Positions 31,245 to 35,490 of a stretch of DNA of 35,490 nt are shown in pieces. The translations under genes were made by a program, and so were the position numbers. Position 1 is the first letter of the stretch, and each line of letters opens with the position of its first letter. The notes beneath the pieces were generated by a model. It had not been told where the DNA came from. It saw only the letters and a list, made by a program, of their open reading frames with translations, and did not search any database. Origin of the DNA: an uncultured Actinomycetes bacterium (lineage in GTDB: Bacteria > Actinomycetota > Actinomycetes > Nanopelagicales > Nanopelagicaceae); the NCBI GenBank assembly GCA_903865885.1, contig CAIPLJ010000163.1, positions 1 through 35,490 of the forward strand, read 5' to 3'.

Positions 31245-31778
31245 ATGAGCCTTGCCCTGCCGGCGCCAGATATGGATCGCGCCATCACTCGTATTTCGCA
31301 TGAGATTCTTGAACGTAACTCTGGTTCAGAATCAATCACACTCTTAGGAATTCCCACACGGGGTGCCCACCTTGCTGCGCGAATCGCTGCCAAAATTGAG
31401 GCGATTGAAGGAAAAGCTGTTCAGTGCGGAACTCTCGATATCACGCTCCACCGCGATGATCTGCGCATGAGACCACCACGTGCACTGATGCCCACAACAA
31501 TTCCAGCGCTTGGGGTCGAAAACCGAAGTGTGATCCTTGTCGATGATGTTCTCTTCTCGGGCAGAACTATCCGAGCTGCACTCGATGCTCTGGGAGAGAT
31601 CGGACGTCCTGCTGCTGTGCAACTTGCCGTACTGATCGATCGTGGCCATCGACAGCTTCCGATACGCGCAGATTACGTGGGGAAGAATTTGCCCACATCG
31701 CTTTCTCAAATTATCAAGGTGCAGTTCACTGAATTAGATGGCGTGGACGAGGTTACTTTGGAAGAAGGTAACGCCTAA
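31245..31778 (+). CDS. pyrR: Bifunctional pyr operon regulator / uracil phosphoribosyltransferase
   Basis: [43 protein letters not shown] and [17 protein letters not shown]. Confidence 0.97.
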   Translation: MSLALPAPDMDRAITRISHEILERNSGSESITLLGIPTRGAHLAARIAAKIEAIEGKAVQCGTLDITLHRDDLRMRPPRALMPTTIPALGVENRSVILVDDVLFSGRTIRAALDALGEIGRPAAVQLAVLIDRGHRQLPIRADYVGKNLPTSLSQIIKVQFTELDGVDEVTLEEGNA

Positions 31779-32725
31779 TGCGACACCTACTATCGATAGC
31801 AGATCTCTCTGCAACGCAGGCGATTCAGATTCTCGATACTGCTGAAGAGCTCTCCCGAGTCTCGGATGGGCCAATGAAGAAGCTGCCAACTTTGCGCGGG
31901 CGCACAATAGTCAATCTCTTCGCTGAAGATTCAACGCGCACACGAATCTCTTTCGAGGCAGCGGCTAAAAGACTGTCGGCAGATGTCATCAACTTTTCTG
32001 CCAAAGGCTCCAGTGTGAGCAAAGGCGAATCACTGAAAGATACTGCGCAGACATTGCAGGCGATGGGCGCCGACGCTGTGATCATTCGACATAGCGCATC
32101 TGGTGCTGCTCAACGTTTAGCCGATAGCCAATGGATGACAGGCTCTGTCATTAATGCAGGAGATGGAACTCACGAGCACCCCAGCCAAGCTTTGTTGGAT
32201 GCATTTACGATACGCAAGAATCTCGTACGAGGTGGCAACGATCTCACAGGAATACGCGTTGCAATCGTGGGAGATATTATCCACTCGCGTGTAGCGCGCT
32301 CCAATGTCTTGCTCTTAACCAAACTTGGCGCACACGTCACACTCGTTGCACCGCCCACTCTTCTACCTGCAGGTGTTGAATCCTGGCCAGTAACAGTTGC
32401 ATACGATTTCGATTCAGTGATTGCAGATGTTGATGTTGTGATGATGCTACGAATACAACTAGAGCGTATGTCTGAGATGTTCTTCCCTAATGTGCGTGAA
32501 TATTCGCATTACTTTGGACTCAATCGCGATCGCCTCAAGATGATGAGGCCAAATGCGATAGTGATGCACCCGGGCCCAATGAATCGTGGACTTGAAATCA
32601 CTGCAGATAGCGCCGACAGTGCTCGCTCAGTGATCTTGCAGCAGGTTACAAATGGTGTCACTGTAAGAATGGCAATTCTCTACCTCTTACTTGCAGGTTC
32701 TCAAGAGTCAGGAGCTCAAGTATGA
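31778..32725 (+). CDS. pyrB: Aspartate carbamoyltransferase catalytic subunit
   Basis: [49 protein letters not shown] and MHPGPMNRG. Confidence 0.97.
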   Translation: MRHLLSIADLSATQAIQILDTAEELSRVSDGPMKKLPTLRGRTIVNLFAEDSTRTRISFEAAAKRLSADVINFSAKGSSVSKGESLKDTAQTLQAMGADAVIIRHSASGAAQRLADSQWMTGSVINAGDGTHEHPSQALLDAFTIRKNLVRGGNDLTGIRVAIVGDIIHSRVARSNVLLLTKLGAHVTLVAPPTLLPAGVESWPVTVAYDFDSVIADVDVVMMLRIQLERMSEMFFPNVREYSHYFGLNRDRLKMMRPNAIVMHPGPMNRGLEITADSADSARSVILQQVTNGVTVRMAILYLLLAGSQESGAQV

Positions 32726-34008
32726 CAACGTCCTATGTCATTAAAGGTGCAGTTCTGCCTCATGGAGCCAAGAGTGATATCGCAATAGCTGATGGCCTCA
32801 TCACACAAATGGCACCTGACCTCAATATCCCTGGGGCCACAGTAGTAAATGCAGCCAATGCAATAGTGCTGCCAGGACTTGTAGATCTTCATACCCATCT
32901 ACGTGAACCAGGAAAAGAAGATGCTGAGACAGTGCTCTCTGGTTCGCAGGCTGGAGTTCGTGGTGGTTATGTCGCACTCAGTGCGATGGCAAATACTTCA
33001 CCGGTTGCCGACACTGCCGGCGTTGTTGAACAAGTATTTCGTCTGGGACAGATTGCAGGACTACTCGATGTCTTTCCTATCGGCGCTGTTACAAAAGGTC
33101 TTGAAGGATTGGAACTTGCTGAGATAGGTGCCATGGCAGATTCTGCAGCCCGCGTCCGAGTCTTTAGCGATGATGGACATTGCGTCTTTGATCCTCTTGT
33201 CATGCGACGAGCCCTTGAATATGTAAAGAAATTTGATGGCGTCATTGCACAACATGCACAAGAGCCAAGACTTACCCAAGGTTCACAAATGAATGAGGGT
33301 TTTGTCTCCTCACAGCTGGGACTCAAAGGTTGGCCGGCAATTGCAGAAGAGGCCATCATCGCCCGCGATGTACTGCTTGCAGATCATGTTCAAGCACGAC
33401 TACACATCTGTCATCTCACAACAGCTGGGGGAGTCGAGATCATTCGCTGGGCAAAGCAACGTGGGATTCAAGTGACGGCTGAAGTAACTCCGCATCACTT
33501 ACTTCTCACTGATGAATTAGCGCGCAGTTATGATCCTGTATATAAGGTCAATCCTCCGCTTCGCACGGAATCTGATGTGATGGCTCTGCGTGAGGCGCTT
33601 GCTGACGGAACAATCGATATCGTTGCAACAGATCACGCCCCCCATCCTGCAGAAAGTAAAGAGTGCGAGTGGCAAGAAGCTTCCTTCGGAATGCTTGGCC
33701 TAGAGACAGCGTTATCGATTATCAATAAGACCATGGTCGAAACAAAGCTGATGGACTGGTCTGGAGTAGCGGAGAGAATGAGTATCACCCCTGCGCGTAT
33801 TGCACGTTATGAAAACCATGGTCGTGAAATCGCAGTGGGCGCACCAGCTAATCTGACTGTGATGAATCCGACCAAGACCTACCGCGTGGATAGAGACTTA
33901 GTTGCATCTCGAAGTCGCAATACTCCCTTCCATGGCATGGAACTTCCAGGGGTTGTCCTGGCTACCTTCTTCAATGGAAAGCTATCTTTTGAATCGAAGC
34001 AGCCATGA
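32722..34008 (+). CDS. pyrC: Dihydroorotase
   Basis: [33 protein letters not shown] and ATDHAPH. Confidence 0.96.
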   Translation: MTTSYVIKGAVLPHGAKSDIAIADGLITQMAPDLNIPGATVVNAANAIVLPGLVDLHTHLREPGKEDAETVLSGSQAGVRGGYVALSAMANTSPVADTAGVVEQVFRLGQIAGLLDVFPIGAVTKGLEGLELAEIGAMADSAARVRVFSDDGHCVFDPLVMRRALEYVKKFDGVIAQHAQEPRLTQGSQMNEGFVSSQLGLKGWPAIAEEAIIARDVLLADHVQARLHICHLTTAGGVEIIRWAKQRGIQVTAEVTPHHLLLTDELARSYDPVYKVNPPLRTESDVMALREALADGTIDIVATDHAPHPAESKECEWQEASFGMLGLETALSIINKTMVETKLMDWSGVAERMSITPARIARYENHGREIAVGAPANLTVMNPTKTYRVDRDLVASRSRNTPFHGMELPGVVLATFFNGKLSFESKQP

Positions 34009-35132
34009 GTAAGGCATTCCTCGTTCTCGACGATGGTCGCATCTTCGAAGGTCTATCGTGGGCAAAGACCGGCAAAACATTTGGTGAAGCTGTCTTCCAA
34101 ACTGGGATGACCGGCTATCAAGAGACGCTCACAGATCCTTCGTACTACAAGCAAGTCGTCGTTATGACTGCGCCACACATTGGAAATACTGGCGTGAACC
34201 GAACCGATAATGAATCGAAGAAGTATTGGGTTGCAGGATTTGTTGTGCGAAACCCGTCCACCTTCACCAGCAACTGGCGAAGCGAAAAGGATTTAGAGGC
34301 AGAGTTGATTGACCAAGAGATTGTCGGAATCCAAGGTATCGATACACGCGCACTGACGCGCCACCTGCGCGATCGCGGTTCGATGCGTGTGGGAATATTC
34401 TCGGGGCTAGATATCACACGCGAAGAGATGGTGATTGAAGTCCGCAAACAGGCGCTCATGACGGGTGCTTATCTCAGTGATGATGTTTCCACGACAGAGA
34501 CGTATGTTGTACCAGCGATTGGTGCGAAACGTTTCACCGTTGCAGCACTTGATCTTGGTATCAAAGGTGCCACACCTCGCGCAATGTCCGAGCGTGGGAT
34601 CGAAGTTCATGTGATGCCCTATAACTCAACTCTCGAATCGATTCTTGCAACTAACCCTGATGGAGTATTTCTCTCCAATGGTCCGGGCGACCCAGCGACG
34701 ATGACATCGACCATCGAACTTGTGCGCGAAGTTCTAGCCCTTGAAATTCCCATCTTTGGCATATGTTTCGGCCATCAGATTCTGGGGAGAGCGCTTGGTT
34801 TTGAAACTTATAAATTGCAATTTGGTCATCGTGGAATCAATCAACCTGTAATTGATAAACGCACCGGTAAGGTCGAGATCACCGCGCATAACCATGGGTT
34901 TGCACTGAAAGCGCCGACAGATAGCGTATTCAGCACCGTATATGGTCCTGGTCAAGTAACGCATGTGTCACTCAATGATGGAGTTGTGGAAGGTTTAGAA
35001 CTTACTGAACGCGGTGCTTTCAGCGTTCAGTACCACCCGGAGGCTGCTGCAGGTCCGCATGATGCTGCCTATCTCTTCGATCGTTTTATTGAAGTGATGG
35101 AGAAATATCCGAGAAAAGTTGGAGCTAACTAA
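34005..35132 (+). CDS. carA: Carbamoyl-phosphate synthase small subunit
   Basis: [45 protein letters not shown] and SVQYHPEA. Confidence 0.98.
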   Translation: MSKAFLVLDDGRIFEGLSWAKTGKTFGEAVFQTGMTGYQETLTDPSYYKQVVVMTAPHIGNTGVNRTDNESKKYWVAGFVVRNPSTFTSNWRSEKDLEAELIDQEIVGIQGIDTRALTRHLRDRGSMRVGIFSGLDITREEMVIEVRKQALMTGAYLSDDVSTTETYVVPAIGAKRFTVAALDLGIKGATPRAMSERGIEVHVMPYNSTLESILATNPDGVFLSNGPGDPATMTSTIELVREVLALEIPIFGICFGHQILGRALGFETYKLQFGHRGINQPVIDKRTGKVEITAHNHGFALKAPTDSVFSTVYGPGQVTHVSLNDGVVEGLELTERGAFSVQYHPEAAAGPHDAAYLFDRFIEVMEKYPRKVGAN

Positions 35133-35414
35133 TGCCTCGCGATACTTCGATTAAGAGCGTTCTTGTCATCGGCTCTGGGCCGATTGTTATCGGCCAAGCA
35201 TGCGAATTCGATTATTCGGGCACTCAGGCTTGTCGAGTACTGCGCGCCGAAGGAATCCGCGTCATTCTTGTTAACAGCAATCCAGCGACAATCATGACTG
35301 ATCCTGAATTTGCCGATGCAACATATATCGAACCAATTACTCCAGAATTCATCGAACGCATTATTGCGCGAGAGAAGCCAGATGCTGTTCTTGCTACACT
35401 TGGTGGCCAAACCG
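35132..35414 (+). CDS. carB: Carbamoyl-phosphate synthase large subunit, 3'-partial (cut by contig end/adapter)
   Basis: [33 protein letters not shown] and LATLGGQT. The following residues ([11 protein letters not shown]...) are translated adapter. Confidence 0.96.
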
Positions 35415-35490
35415 AGATCGGAAGAGCGTCGTGTAGGGAAAGAGTGTCTTCGCCTGTGTAGATCTCGGTGGTCGCCGTATCATTAAAAAG
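35415..35490 (+). other. Illumina TruSeq read-2 adapter read-through with i5 index and P5 (sequencing artefact)
   Basis: AGATCGGAAGAGCGTCGTGTAGGGAAAGAGTGT (35415-35447), index CTTCGCCT (35448-35455), GTGTAGATCTCGGTGGTCGCCGTATCATT (35456-35484), then an A-run. Confidence 0.99.

Noticed and set aside
35132-35461. Apparent truncated carB / pseudogene or novel mini-CarB
   Set aside because: The truncation coincides exactly with Illumina adapter sequence at the contig end.
1-35490. Mobile elements, prophage, defence systems, CRISPR, tRNA/rRNA
   Set aside because: Nearly all bases are explained by syntenic core genes. No integrase or transposase ORF, repeat array or cloverleaf was seen, and the largest intergenic gap is about 130 nt.

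Overview
A gene-dense housekeeping segment of a moderate-GC actinobacterium. Gene order, very short intergenic regions and small proteins suggest a streamlined freshwater acI-type lineage (Ca. Nanopelagicales); this assignment is inference. Order: thrS (5' partial), HIT, an EF-G-like G-domain remnant (minus strand), pgsA-patA-pimA-membrane protein, DUF3048, pdxS-pdxT, yebC-ruvCAB, secD-secF, rel, DUF349 (minus), MBL hydrolase-hisS-aspS, DUF948-alaS-ruvX-mltG-aroE-prepilin peptidase-aroC-aroK-aroB-aroQ, efp-nusB, bldD (minus), and pyrR-pyrB-pyrC-carA-carB (3' partial). The last 76 nt are an untrimmed Illumina TruSeq adapter, not biology. I found no mobile element, CRISPR array, tRNA or rRNA, and no clearly new multi-gene system. 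The best leads are: (1) an intact 198-aa ORF that looks like only the G domain of EF-G2 with its GTPase motifs degraded, sharing a bidirectional leaderless promoter with the phosphatidylinositol/PIM operon; (2) a BldD orthologue retaining the c-di-GMP RxD-x8-RxxD motif; (3) a PyrR-binding hairpin that sequesters the pyrR ribosome-binding site; (4) extreme regulatory compaction, with leaderless promoters and stop codons that may double as -10 elements.
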